From Octopus vulgaris (taxonomy: Eukaryota), in contig OX597818.1 of the NCBI GenBank assembly GCA_951406725.2, forward strand, positions 84,258,001 to 84,322,000: a stretch of DNA of 64,000 nucleotides. The letters run 5' to 3'. Each line of letters opens with the position of its first letter. Within the stretch, counting starts at the first letter, position 1. Below the pieces are notes generated by a model. It did not search any database and was not told where the DNA came from. It saw nothing but the letters and a program-made list of their open reading frames with translations. The position numbers and the translations under genes are program-made. Below are positions 1 through 13,397 of this stretch, piece after piece.

Positions 1-917
1 TGCACTTCTTACTCTAAGTTTTTAAAAAGAAATTTTCTACGGTTTTTAGTTTGATGTTGAATCTTTTATTTCATTTCGCTGCCGTCAAAGCTAATAAGAT
101 ATCTATGTTTAACGTAGTTACATATCTAAAAATGTCCAGTAAATTAATCAATCAGAGAGTCTATCAATATTACATGTTATTAATCTAACCTGAGGAAGTG
201 GTGAGGCAGAGGGGATAGTAGATCCCCAAAGGGCATTTCTACACAGAAAATAAGAAAACGATAATATCGCAAGGTACTTTTATTATATATGGGGCTTCAA
301 CAAATTATGCCAATTACTAACCTTGAAGATTGTTAATATATTGACTTATAATAAAGCACTAACTTACTTGCATCACACTTTCTCTCTCTCACCCGCTCAC
401 TCGTTCTAGCTCTCTCTCCCTCTTCACATACTTTCTCTACATAATTACTACACTATATTCATTTTCTTATTTGTTGTCTAAGGATAAGATCTGTGTATTT
501 CCTCTCTCCATAGAAGAAAGCCAATCATCCGAAACGTTAGACTTTTCTGTCATAGCACAAAAATATTTCACTGTTTCAACTGTTAACTTATAATATATAC
601 ATAATACATATAGTATTATAATATATACATAATACATATAGTAACGGATTTTACTACGAGGAACAGTCAGTTAATTTGAAATATCACCCATTTTATTGAA
701 TCTGGAAGTATATAGCACAGTATTGACAATATACTGATAGCTAACTAGATACATGGCAGTAAAAGAATTTATATAGAAATACTCGAATTGATTAGAAGAA
801 AGCAATATAACTGATATAACCATACTATGATTCGCTGTCATAGCATTTTGACATTTAATCTACAATAGTGCAATAGACACCAACAACTTTCTTTGTCCCT
901 GTTTGTCTCTCTCCCTC

Positions 918-968
<51 letters not shown>

Positions 969-1226
969 TGCTATACTACTTACGCTTTATGAAGAAAACG
1001 AGAAAGAAAAGAACACAAATTCCATGAACTTCATCCAGACTAATTGTTTTCTACTTATAAGAAATATTTCGCTTCATAAAATGTCTAATTGACATTTCTC
1101 TGATTATGTCATGCCAAAGACTTGTAAAATGAATGGAATAGTGATATACAAGATTACCCAAGACTAAAAATTTCTAGAACTTCCTAATGAGTATGCAAAC
1201 AAAAATGTGCATTTTTCCGCCTCACA

Positions 1227-1612
1227 GCAGGCGTGGCGAACTTATGTGGTAAGAAGTTTACTTCCCAGCCACATAGTTTCGGATTCAGTACCACTGTATG
1301 GCACCTTGTGAAAATGTCTTCTATTGCCTAGGGCCGACCAAAGCCCTGTGAGTAGATCTGGTAGAAAGAAGCTGAAAGGAACCTATCGTATGAGTGTGTG
1401 TGTGCGACTTTGTATCTATGTTTGTCTTTCACTTACACTTGACAACCAGTGTTGGTTTATTTACGCCCCCGTTGGTTTATTTGGTTCAGCTAGAGCGACT
1501 GAGACTAGGGTTTGAAAAAAATAAGTTTTGGTGTCAATTCGACTAAAATCGTGCAAGCCAGTGCCCCAGCATGGCTATAGTCTAATGATTGAAGCTAGTA
1601 AAAATAAAAGAA
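1227..1612 (+). mobile_element. SINE family A (tRNA-like head, CORE-like domain, internal microsatellite, GTAAAAGA-type tail), diverged
   Basis: Collinear by eye with the near-intact copy at 53004-53413 (GGCCGACCAAAGCC, CCAGCATGGC, tail). Confidence 0.85.
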
Positions 1613-2034
1613 AATAGATACCTTAATTTCAAATGCAAAATTCTAATTTTGCCAAAGATTTATGAAGCAATGATTATTTCCTTTGCATACCTAGCCGTTG
1701 AGAAACACCACTCGTTCACAAAGCTATGCCTACGGAATTATATTTTTGCATGAAAATTAAGATTCAAATGAGAAAATTGTCAAATATAAAAACAGGAAAT
1801 TCAACGTATGATAATATATTATTTAACCCCTGGGCAGTTCCAGTAAAGCAAAACTATCGATAATAGCGTTTCAGCTGTTACCTTTCTATATGTCTTGGCT
1901 GTTTATATGATGGAAATAGTACCGTGCGTCTGGTAATAATTTACATTTCTACTTTCAAAGTTCAAATCTATCCTGCGTTAGGTTTGAATCATGCTGTGTA
2001 CGAGATCGATAAACATGTACACGAATATATAATG

Positions 2035-2234
2035 TTTTGAAATTTTGGCACAAAGCCTGCAATTTTAGGAGAAAAGTCGTTTGCATCGACCCTAGTGTCC
2101 AACTAGTACTTAGTTTATCGACCCCGAAACCATGAAAGGCAAAGTCGATACGGCAGAATTTGAACTCAGAACGTAGATTCGAAAGAAATGCCGATTAGCA
2201 TTTTGCCTGGGGTGCTAATGTTTCAGCCAGCTCA
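2035..2234 (-). mobile_element. SINE family B (tRNA-like head plus CCTTTCATCCTTTCGGGGTCGATAAA domain)
   Basis: ATCGACCCCGAAA..ATGAAAGGCAAAGTCG..AATTTGAACTCAGAACG, shared with more than 15 copies in the window. Confidence 0.85.
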
Positions 2235-2411
2235 CATATTCTACAACAGATTGAAGAGATAGTTATCCTCTAATTGGAGGAACTAACAAACATTCCACGC
2301 CATTGGAATTTGAGCTCAAAACACAAAAGACATATACCATCAATTTTTAACCACCTCTCTGCCGGAAATACGAACGTGTTGGTCTGGACAGATAAAAAAT
2401 CATAAAGAACT

Positions 2412-2742
2412 AGGCGTGGTTGTGTGGTTAGAAGTCTCACTTTCCACCAAATTGGTCTCGGGTTCAGTTCTACTGTGTGGTACCGGGCAGTTTGGTAGTG
2501 TTGGTTTGGTAGACGGAAACCTAAATAACATCTTCGTATATGTGCGCATGTATCTTTGAGTTTAAATTTGGGTACACATTGCAGCTTTACAACCGGTGTT
2601 GGTTTTTCTACACCCCGAAACTAGCGGTTCAGCTCATTAGGCTGATAGAATAAGTACCAGACTTATAAAGATTATGTTTTGTGGTCGACTAATGTTTTTG
2701 TGACAGCATGGCCGCAGTTCAAGGATTGAAACAAGTTAAAAA
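2412..2742 (+). mobile_element. SINE family A, diverged
   Basis: GGCGTGGTTGTGTGGT head; CAGCATGGCCGCAGT..GAAACAAGT tail. Confidence 0.8.
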
Positions 2743-3691
2743 AACGATGGGTGTGTGCTCAGATTTTGTCCACTAAGTGTATCACACAGGGAAATGTAAG
2801 AGAAAAATTAGCCACGGTATCATTATTGTATATTTTGTTGGAACACGAGGTTACTATTGACAGATAAAATGATTCTCTTCAAACAGGGTAACACATAAAA
2901 CTAGTTTATCAAAGAACGTAACTCAGTTGAAAATTTTAAAAAATTATTACGCTCCATTTGCATTTTTGAGATTTGAATATATAATTAGCTAATTTACATA
3001 TTTAAGTATGTATTGGATTAGTTCTTGTCTTAAAAGATACAGATTAGCACAAGTAATCAGCATGCCAAGTTTGATCAGTGTGCTGATTACAGAACTTACA
3101 GGATATTAATTAACTGAATTTGATCATTCCTCTATTATCTCAACATGTGAGGTTGAAAAATTTTTGCTAAAAACTGCATTTATAAGAGACTGATGTACAA
3201 AAATGCAATAAATTGCACATTTGATTTGTTTATAAGCTGAAAAACTTGTGAAAAGTGTGATACCCGATGTGATTATAGTCATTTTATGGAGCGAATTCTA
3301 AAACTACGGATGTTTAAAATTATAAAAACATATAACGAAATGGAATAAAATTCAGTTAAATTGTATTTCAAAGCAGGTTTCACTTTATTTTGCAATAACT
3401 TTAAATCGTGCTGACTCCTGAACACATTTTCTAATTTACACAATCTTTACACAAAATGAAATCTGTTGCCGAAAGCATTAAAAGTCAATCAGTTTTACGC
3501 TCGTCTCCGCTGGCAGAGTCGTTTTGACGACGCCTTTTAGGCGCCGCTACTGATTCGACGCTAAAATATTTAGCATCAGCAATTTTGATGATTTACCCAT
3601 TTTAATGTTCCTCCGGTTCTTTCCTTCCCCTAAAATCTTCCTCGAGTTGACTTTCTCATTCTTTCTGTATGTGTTAGATCTTCAAGTGCGC

Positions 3692-3692
3692 G

Positions 3693-3786
<94 letters not shown>

Positions 3787-3810
3787 AGTGCGTGCGTGTG
3801 TGTTTGTGTG
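3692..3810. repeat. (TA)n(GT)n microsatellite
   Basis: Pure dinucleotide tract, one of dozens in the window. Confidence 0.97.
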
Positions 3811-3996
3811 TTCGTCCCCAGCTCCAACAAGCATATCAAAGAAACACTGAATGCGCAATAAGCCTTGCCAAATTATCAACACCCAAAAAGCCGCGCTTGA
3901 TCATCTCATTTGGCTCTATTCACTTTTATAGCAAAAGGAATTCCGTTGCTGCGAATCAAACGCTTTCCAAAAGGAAAATAGTGCCGGGAATAAATG

Positions 3997-4465
3997 GTGT
4001 GGAGGCGTGTGGCTTAGTGGTTAGGCTGTTGGACACATAATCGTAAGATTGTGGTTTCGAAGGTGGCGAGCTGTTAGAAACGTTAGCATGCCGGGCGAAA
4101 TGCTTAGCCTTATTTCGTCTGCCGAGGTCACTTTACCTTTCATCCTTTTGGGGTCGATAAATTAAGTGCCAGTTACGCAATGGAGTCGATCTAATCGACT
4201 TAATCCTTTTGTCTGTCGTTGTTTGTCCCCTCTATGTTTAGCCTCTTGTGGGCAATAAAGAAATAAGATTGTGGTTTCGATTCTGGATCGAGTGACGCAT
4301 TGTGCAAAACACTTCATTTCACGTTGCTCCAGTCCATTCAGCTGGTAAAAATGAGTAACCCTGAGACGGACCGGCGTCCGGTCCAGGTGGGGGATACATA
4401 CGATATGAAACCGGGAAACTGGCCTTTATGAGTCAGTATGACTAGAGAAGGTAACTTTACTTTTA
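3997..4465 (+). mobile_element. SINE family C (tRNA head, ACTTT-repeat tail) interrupted by a family B SINE
   Basis: A-box-like TGGCTTAGTGGTTAGG; B-box GGTTTCGA|TTC split by the insert; tail AACTTTACTTTTAC. Confidence 0.75.
4061..4263 (+). mobile_element. SINE family B with 17-bp target-site duplication
   Basis: TAAGATTGTGGTTTCGA at 4044-4060 and 4264-4280. Confidence 0.9.
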
Positions 4466-4599
4466 CGCTGTTATGCCGATTCATTTCTCTCTCTGTCTCT
4501 TAATCTACCTTCTTTAAACTCTAGTAAATCCCAGTATAATACTGGGGATCGACCTAATCTGCGCTATACCGACTTCAAGATTTTCCTCCTCAGCTCTTA

Positions 4600-4940
4600 G
4601 CAAAGTACTCACTAGAGTACCCGATAGAAATATAGTACTGAATCGAGCCCTCGGTAAAGTACCTCTTTTTATAGAGTACTCCAATGAGGGAAGTAGCATA
4701 AACAAAAAAGTAATTTACGCAATAAAGTAGAGTACTTAAAAAGATAGAGTACACAACAAAGTAGAGTAGTTATTAAATAGAATACTCACTACATATGAGT
4801 ACTGAATGAAAACAGAACAACAACTAACATGAAGTACACGATACAGTAAAGTATTCAATAAAATGTGAGTACTCAATGCAGCGGAATATTCCTCAAAATA
4901 GAGTACATAATAAAAAATAAAGTGCTCAGCAAAGTACAAG
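4600..4940. repeat. Degenerate minisatellite-like array with (G/A)AGTAC(T) core
   Basis: More than a dozen AGTAC or near-AGTAC words at roughly 12-40 bp spacing. Confidence 0.6.
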
Positions 4941-5044
4941 GTGCTATGCTTTTATCGAAAGGAGATTCACACAAAGATGAAACAAATATCAACGATGTAT
5001 TTATCTATATGTTGACTAAACAATAATGTATTTACGTGTATGTA

Positions 5045-5255
5045 AGGCGGTGAGCTGACAGAATCGTTAGCACACCGGACATAATGCTACGCGGCATTTC
5101 GTCCGTTTTTACGTTCTGAGTTCTAATTCCGCCAATGTCGACTTTACCTTTCATTCTCAGGATCATTAAAATAAATACCAGTTGATTACTGGGGATAATG
5201 TCATTGACTTACCAACTCCCCACCTCTCCCGAAATTGCTGGCTTTGTGCTCATAT
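5045..5255 (+). mobile_element. SINE family B
   Basis: GGCGGTGAGCTGACAGAATCGTTAGCAC head and family core. Confidence 0.85.
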
Positions 5256-5857
5256 ATATGCGCGGGTATGAGATAGAGAGAATTTGTACATGCCCATGAG
5301 CGAGGAACTGTGTCAGTGTGCACGCGTGTACGGCGAAAGACACCAGGCGGTATTTGATTCCACCTCGGTGACGTCTCTTGAAGCTTAAGTCAAATTTTGC
5401 TTCCTTGCTGGCGACGTCGATAAAATAAGTGTTAAACAAAGTACTAAAGTCGATATAATCGATAACATTCGGTTAAGGTGGTAACCTAGTATGACTCCAA
5501 TCTGATGGAAAGAAGAGATGAAAGAAAAAGTAATAACACGCATATTCATATATACATGTATGTGTGTGCGTGTCTATGAGTTAGTGAGAGAGAAAAACAG
5601 AGATAGAGAGAGTATTTGTGTATGTATGGGAATGTCTTTTATCTTTCACGTGTTTTACTCATTAAATTGCGGCCATGCTGGTGCACCACCATAAAGAGTT
5701 TTAGTCGAACGAATCAACCCCAGTGTTTAATTTCTTTTAAAGCCTGATACTTAAGCCTGATAGAAAATGCCACTTGTATTTGAACACTATGCAAATATGC
5801 TTTTAAAAAGAACTTTTCTTTTAACTTTTTCAAAAATTTAATTGTTTTCCATACTTA

Positions 5858-5893
5858 CAGTTGAAAAAGTCTCAATGACCGAAACCGGTACTG
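5858..5893 (+). ncRNA. Degenerate minimal type-I hammerhead motif
   Basis: CAG-TTGAAAA-AGTC tcaat GACC-GAAA-CCGG-TA-CTG: stems I-III present, two core substitutions. The host insert ends in (TA)n at about 5944. Confidence 0.5.
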
Positions 5894-5941
5894 AAATGTT
5901 TTTTATAAAATTATTTTAGCATTTTCTATCTTGAGATTTTT

Positions 5942-5975
<34 letters not shown>

Positions 5976-5978
<3 letters not shown>

Positions 5979-6321
5979 CACAGGAGTATCTATGTGGTAA
6001 GAAACGTGCTTCCCAATCACACAGTTCTGGGTTCCGTCCCGGCGAGTCTCTTCTACTATAGCCTAGGGCCGACCAAAGCCTTGTGAATGGATTTGGTTGA
6101 AGGAAACTGAAAGAAGGCCGTCTTATATATATATATATATATATATATAAAGTTAATCCAAACAAGAAAGCACAAAAAAAACACAACAACGCGAGGACGT
6201 GGAACAAATATAGTATCATTGGACACTCAGGAAAGAAGGAAAGAAGGAAGGTTTAACGTTTCGAGCGGAGCTCTTCGTCGGAAACTTAGGAGAAGGAAAG
6301 ATCCAGAGAAGGGAAGACAGA

Positions 6322-6373
<52 letters not shown>

Positions 6374-6445
6374 TTGTGTGTCTGTGTTTGTCCTCCCACC
6401 ATCGCTTTGCAACCGATGTTGGTGTCTTTACGTCCTCGTAACATA
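5976..6445 (+). mobile_element. SINE family A with an insert in its internal (TA)n
   Basis: Head 5976-6123; 3' part resumes at about 6375. Confidence 0.85.
6148..6325 (-). mobile_element. Short Penelope-like terminal-repeat fragment with minimal hammerhead (6251-6285)
   Basis: Minus strand GTTT-CCGACGA-A-GAGC tcc GCTC-GAAA-CG-TT-AAAC; flanked by (TA)n; homologous to 62920-63107. Confidence 0.7.
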
Positions 6446-7094
6446 AATTTATGAATAAAGCAAAACTTAAATATTACAGTATTGAATACTTTGTATTGGT
6501 ACTCCCAAACACGCACACACAGAGAAAAAAACATACACACAAACACACAAACAAACAGACAAATACACACTGAAACAAAACCATACACACACGTAGTGAG
6601 TCTGTGTGTCTCAGAGTGCACATACATCTGACTCTGTATGTATGTCTGCGTGACACTATGTTTGGGTGTGAAATTGTGTGTGTGTGGTGAGTGTTCATTA
6701 TATCATTATACTGATTGGTCACCCACTAACGTGACATTTTATCGATGACTAACTGGATATTTTACTTGCAAATCAAACCGAAATAGAGAGCCCCAGTAAA
6801 TAAATGTCACTTTTTATATTATGTAATATTTCTCATAAAATGACACACAATCACACACACACACACACACGCACACATACATACATACATACACACAAAC
6901 ACACACTTACACTAGCAGACTGTAAGACAGAAATACCAACGAAAACACCAGTTCACTGATACACACCAACGAACACGCATGCGTGCTGCACACATTAGTA
7001 CACATGCGACTGCACACACATGCATGCATGCACAGAACGCTAATGACTAATCATGGAAATCTATCTTTCACTCGTTTATCATCATTCAGACTCT

Positions 7095-7175
7095 TTATCG
7101 TCGACGTCGTCGTCGTTGTCGTCGTCGTCGCAGTCAACATCAGCATTATCATCATCATTATCATTATCGCCATCT

Positions 7176-7223
<48 letters not shown>

Positions 7224-7718
7224 TAGTGGTGGTGGTGGTGCTAGTACTAGTACTGATTGTACTGATAGTGGCGGTGGTGGTTGTGGTGGTGATAGTGGTG
7301 GTGCTGTTGTCGCCATGATCTTTTCTTCTTTGTTTTCTTCTTCTTCTTCGTCTTCTTCTTCTTCTTCTACGTCTTCTTCCTCTGTTCCTTCGTCTTCTTT
7401 TTCTTCTCTTCCCTCTTCTTTCACTCTTCCTTCTTTTTCTTCTCTCCCCTCTTGTACTTCTCCATCTCTTCCTTTTTCTTTCACTTCTTTTTCTTCTTTT
7501 TCTTCTCTTCCCTCTTTTTCCTCTCTTCCTTTTAATTCTCTCCCCTTTTCTACATTGTCTTCTTCTTCCTCTCTTCTTTCCTTATTCTCCCCTCTTCTTA
7601 TTTTTCTTCTAATTCTTCATCATCATCAGCAGCAGCAGCAACAGCAGTAGCAGATAACAACGACAGCGACGACGACGATGACTATGATGGTTTGGATTAC
7701 ATTGACGAAGATGACGAT

Positions 7719-7800
<82 letters not shown>

Positions 7801-7878
7801 TGGTGTTAATGAAGAAAAAAATAAATATTCTCCTTACACTTCTCCGACCTTGGTCCTCCTCCCTTCTTCACCATTACT

Positions 7879-7924
<46 letters not shown>

Positions 7925-7935
7925 ACAACAATAAC
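7095..7935. repeat. Compound trinucleotide/low-complexity block (GTC, GTA, TCT, GAT, CAT)
   Basis: Direct inspection. Confidence 0.95.
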
Positions 7936-8206
7936 ACCACCATGGCTGGAATCCTCTCCGCTTGCCACTTTATACTGTGGGTGATTTTTCTTTATCATTC
8001 CTGATTTTTGTGTTTTTGTTGTTTGTTGTAATTTGGCCCGCACTGAAATGCATCAATCTTCTCATGTGTTCACTCGACTTCGTTGTCGCATCCCACCAAG
8101 TTCTGGACATTCGGGGTGTCAAATTAATAACCAGCCTCCTTCTAAAACATTCTAAAGACATTTTTACTTTCGATTTTGTAATTTTATTTCGTTATGTATA
8201 TGTGTG

Positions 8207-8249
<43 letters not shown>

Positions 8250-9214
8250 ATGTGTGTATGCATGTATGTATTTATGTATGTATCATGTACATGTGTATGT
8301 GAAGAGAACACAAACGGGACTTAAAATTTACAACAGCAGTTTCAGTAGCATTCATAGTATGCATCATATCGTATGATCCACAATTTTCAGGTAAAGTTTT
8401 AAACAGGTGTGAAACTGGTGGGACACTACATCGATCTAACCGATACCGTTGTTTGTATAACTATCCATAAATATTTAACTGGACTTCGTTGGCGCCTATC
8501 TCCAGAGTTCATCGTCACTCATGCTCACCACAAATCCTATTTAGATTTCTAATGTAGAAGTCTCATTGACAGCATGGTCAGTGTTAGAGGATTATGAGTT
8601 GTTTCACAATATTCGAGACGTAAGCGTTTCATTATTTTTGCTTGCTTGGCCCAGGGCTGCGGATTCGTTAAGATAACAGGGTATATAAGATCTTGGTTCG
8701 TAATGAGCTAATATGGAAGCTAAAACGCAACCTAAGCGTCTGCCTGTACATCATCGGCTGTGTCATAACGAGCCCACCTTGAAAGCTTACTGCATATGTT
8801 GGCTTTCTAAACTATGGAACACAAACCCGTCCATTCAAATGAATAAAACAGATGTTCCAAACTAATCAGATGAAAACAAAGGCAATACACAAGAATAAAT
8901 ATTAGATGACAATATATTATGGAGGTGACGTTGGCATTTGACCATTATACTCGGCCGTTTCAGGGGCAGCAGCCTCTCGGCCTACATCTGGGGTACATTG
9001 GTCACTCTAATTGTAATTTTGTCCAAGTTCTTCCCCACCTAGAGATTTGAACTGAACCAGACGCCAAACACCTTAACTGGACTATCAGTCTAGTGGAAAA
9101 CAAGACTGACACTAGACAACATGGAGCCGACTTAGCCTGGTTAACGACTGCTCTTTCACTTCACTCTTAAGCGTTAGTCCAACACGGCCCCAACAACAAG
9201 CTTCTCACTAATGC

Positions 9215-9565
9215 GCAAGCTTGGCTGTGTGGTAAGTGCTTGCTTCCTAAACACATGGTTCTGAGTTCAGTCGCACTGAGTGGCATCTTGGGCAAGTGCC
9301 TTCTACTATAGCCTCGGGCTAACCAAAACCTTGGGAGTGGAAACTGAAAGAAGCCCATCGTATAAATATGTGTGTGTGTCCTTCCTCTATCGTTTGAAAA
9401 CCTATGTTCGTGTGTTTACGTCCCCGTAATTTAGCAGTTCGCTTTAAGAGATCGATAGTATAAGTACTAGGATAACAAAGGACAAGTCCTGGGGTCGACT
9501 TCTTCGACTAAACAAAAAGACGTTTAAGATGGTACTCCAACATAGCCGCAGATAAAATGAAAGAA
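9215..9565 (+). mobile_element. SINE family A
   Basis: TGGCATCTTGGGCAAGTGCCTTCTACTATAGCCTCGGGC core. Confidence 0.85.
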
Positions 9566-10139
9566 AAATGCTAACGTGTGAGATGTACCCAAAATTGTTT
9601 TCATGCACTTGAAGAAATATGGTCGATCCTTCCCAAGTCAAGCCTTGGTAGTCTTCAGAATTAACTGCTACTCAATCCTACAACAATTGACCTGCCATCC
9701 CAGTTATTGAAGATCGCAGTTACCTCAAAAGTAGATCCTTCGTAAATATTACGTGCACTCCACACAATCCTAGCGACCAAGCAACAGTATACTACGCGGT
9801 CATTGAGTAGATAACACTACTAGCAACCCTATACAGACCACGAACATTCAAACATCGAAACTTAAAAGTCCTGTCAGTTATTGAAATAGAGATCTGTGAG
9901 ACAGACACCGATAATGTTCCCCTAGAATATTTACTAGTTGGTGGCTGCAGGAAAAACTATATTCAGGAAGGGAACAGCAAGGAGTTGGCTCTCTGGCAAG
10001 GAATGATTGGTCTAGTAACTAGCGTTAGGACGAAAGCTCTGATTGTTTGAATGGAGATGCACCGTAACCATGCAACGTTTCAGGAGTAAAAGGAAGAATG
10101 ACAGACAATTTTGCAGTTGCAGAAAGAAGAGGTATTTAT

Positions 10140-10830
10140 AAAAAGTAAAATCATTATTCCAAAGGAAACCCTCCGTCCATGCCTTTTCTGCCTGGCATTG
10201 ATGGTTTTAACTGACACATTTAACAGAAGTGGATTTGAATACAAATGCTATGGTAAAACAATAAACAAGCTTTTGTATATGGATGATATCAACTTGTATG
10301 CTAAAAACGACAAAACAACTCGAAACATTACTGCAGATAGTACACATATATACAAAAGAAATAAGTGATACGGTATAGAAAATGTTCAAAGTATACTTGG
10401 AGAAAACAAAATTAAGAACAATAATACCATACAGCTTAAAGAAACCGAAATAAGAGTATTAGATCAAGCGCAGACATACTAATATTTAGAAATCAAAGGC
10501 CTAGAAAGTGTACAATACATAAATGAAACTTAGAAAGGAGTATAAAGGCGTATAAAGTTGTTAAAATATATCCACTGTGGAACTACAAACATATCTAGTA
10601 CAGAATTATAGGTCATTAATGCAAATAGATAAGACATACAAACAAACCGAAAACTATTTTATGTCTTGAAACGAAAAAAAAAAAGCCAGGAAATACAAAA
10701 CAGCGGTTGCAATAACAGATGGCTATAAATAAAATAATGAAAATACAAGTGAAAATGTGAGACAGCTAAAATCTAATCTGAAATTGGAACTACAGAATGC
10801 CATGATAAAATGCTGAAACAAGAGCCTCAG
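10140..10830 (+). pseudogene. Decayed non-LTR reverse transcriptase fragment (R4/Dong-like)
   Basis: ORF 10111-10368 carries LFCLAL...INKLLYMDDINLYAKND (YxDD motif); frameshifted downstream. Confidence 0.8.
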
Positions 10831-10834
10831 TATT

Positions 10835-11111
10835 TTTTATCTTTTACTTATTTAAGCCATTAGACTGCGGCCATGCTGGAGTACCGCCTTGAATCCTCAG
10901 TCGAATGAATCGACACCAGTACTTATCTTTTAAACCTAGTACACATTCTATCAGTCTCTTTTGCAGAATCTCTAAGTTATGGAGACGCAAACACACTAAC
11001 ACCGGTTGTCAAGCGCTGGTGGATACACACACACACACCCACCCACTCGCATATATATATATATATGTACATATATATATATATATGTTTGTATGTATAT
11101 ATGTATATATA

Positions 11112-11187
<76 letters not shown>

Positions 11188-11365
11188 TATATGTATATAC
11201 ATGTATATATATACGATGGGCTTCTCTCACTTTCTGTCTACTATGTCCACACACAAGGCTTTGGTCAGCCCAAGGCTATAGTAGAAAACACTTGCTCAAG
11301 ATACCACACAGTAGGACTGAACCCTGAACCATGTAGCTGGGAAGCAAGCTTCTTACCACACAGCA
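10835..11365 (-). mobile_element. SINE family A with expanded (TA)n
   Basis: Full family A layout on the minus strand. Confidence 0.9.
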
Positions 11366-11642
11366 TCATCTTATGCTAGAACAACATTGAAATACCAAGA
11401 GAAAATGGTTGGTAAGCAACAAGAGTCTCAGAGAATTTACCATCAACGTGCCCTTCAACGAAACACAATCTTTGTATAGTTATGTTCCCATCAGGGATCA
11501 TTAGGAGTTCCAAGTCTATTTTCACGTCTCCTGACAACGTGTCACCTTTCGTTAAACCTGCTTTGACCATTTTCCCAGATTGCGACACAAATTTCACTCC
11601 TAATCATTGATCAACATCATGTCCAGTGTTTCTTATATTAAG

Positions 11643-12105
<463 letters not shown>

Positions 12106-12864
12106 TAAAAAAACACTTAAGCAGAAATATATAGTCAGTGGTATTTTTAAAATTTCAGATTTTGCTGTGGCTACGTCTTCAGTTTTGCAGCAGATAGTTT
12201 TTGCCTTCATTAAATGGGACTGTTTATTTAGATATACCCTAAAGGACACGTAACATCAACGCGAGAGAAAAATTAATCCTCTTCCTTTTCTTCGAATACA
12301 AAGTCATATAACTTTTCTCTTTACCTTCTCCTGGATTTTCTCCGTTGTCAAAGAAATGCTATTTGGTTTTACAAAAAGTCAGAAAATTCCATCTGATCAT
12401 TTTGTAATTTTGTATTGAAGGAAAGTTTGTTTACACAAATATTTTTCTATGAACGGACGGCAATATTTGGAACTGTATAAGAGTCGATACAGCCATGGTT
12501 GTTTTTATTGTACTGACGCTTAGCTGTTTTTCCAAATTACTATTTGATTATTTATACCAAAGGAAGACGAAAATGAATTATACTGTTTATTTTCTCATTT
12601 CTCAAGTACTAAATTTAGTTATGTGTTTTTCGTTTCTATTTCTTTTTTACTTTTTACTTTCAAGCATTGTAGTGTTTTGGTGTGATAGCTATTTTGGATG
12701 CGGACAATATAATGTGCGTAAATAAAATTTTAGAAGTTTTTGAAACAAACTACTTTTTTCTATTATATAGCTCCGGGTATAGTGGCCAGCCCTTCCTTAG
12801 GCAGTTATAATTCTTTTTACTTGCTCTTCAATGGAAATTTTGTTTCAATCTAGTCATCAAATGA

Positions 12865-13245
12865 TACTTATTTTATCGACCACGAAAGGATGAATGAAAG
12901 GCAATGTCGACCTCGGCGGAATTTGAACTCAGACCGTAAAGACGGAAGAAGTGCTTGTAAACGCATTTTGCTCGGCGTTCTACCGATTTTGCCAGTTCGC
13001 CACCTTAAAAAATATCTATAACAATAATAATCCTTTCTACTATAAACATAAGGCCTGAAATTTGGGGAGTAGAAGCCAGTCGATTAGATCAACCCCAGTA
13101 CGCAACTGGTACTTAATTGATCGACCCCGAAAGGATGAAAGGCAAAGTCGACCTCGGCGAAATCTCAACTCAGAATGTAGTGACGGGCGAAATACGGCTA
13201 AGCAATTCAACCATCGCGCAAACGATTCTGCCAGCTCTCAGCCTT
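12865..13245 (-). mobile_element. Two adjacent SINE family B copies
   Basis: Family core at about 12875-12935 and 13120-13175. Confidence 0.85.
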
Positions 13246-13341
<96 letters not shown>

Positions 13342-13397
13342 AAGAAGAAGAAGAAGAAGAAGAAGAAGAAGAAGAAGAAGAAGAAGAAGAAGAAGAA

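Noticed and set aside
505-543. Possible hammerhead (TAGAAGA...CGAAACGTTAGA)
   Set aside because: Core and stem II too degenerate; at most a decayed family member.
7942-8004. Kozak-context ATG with a hydrophobic peptide (MAGILSACHFILWVIFLYHS)
   Set aside because: Only 20 codons; the context derives from adjacent CAC repeats; no downstream exon evident.
8910-9150. Possible APE endonuclease remnant (GGD, DLAW)
   Set aside because: Motifs too short and partly overlap a SINE-like B-box fragment.
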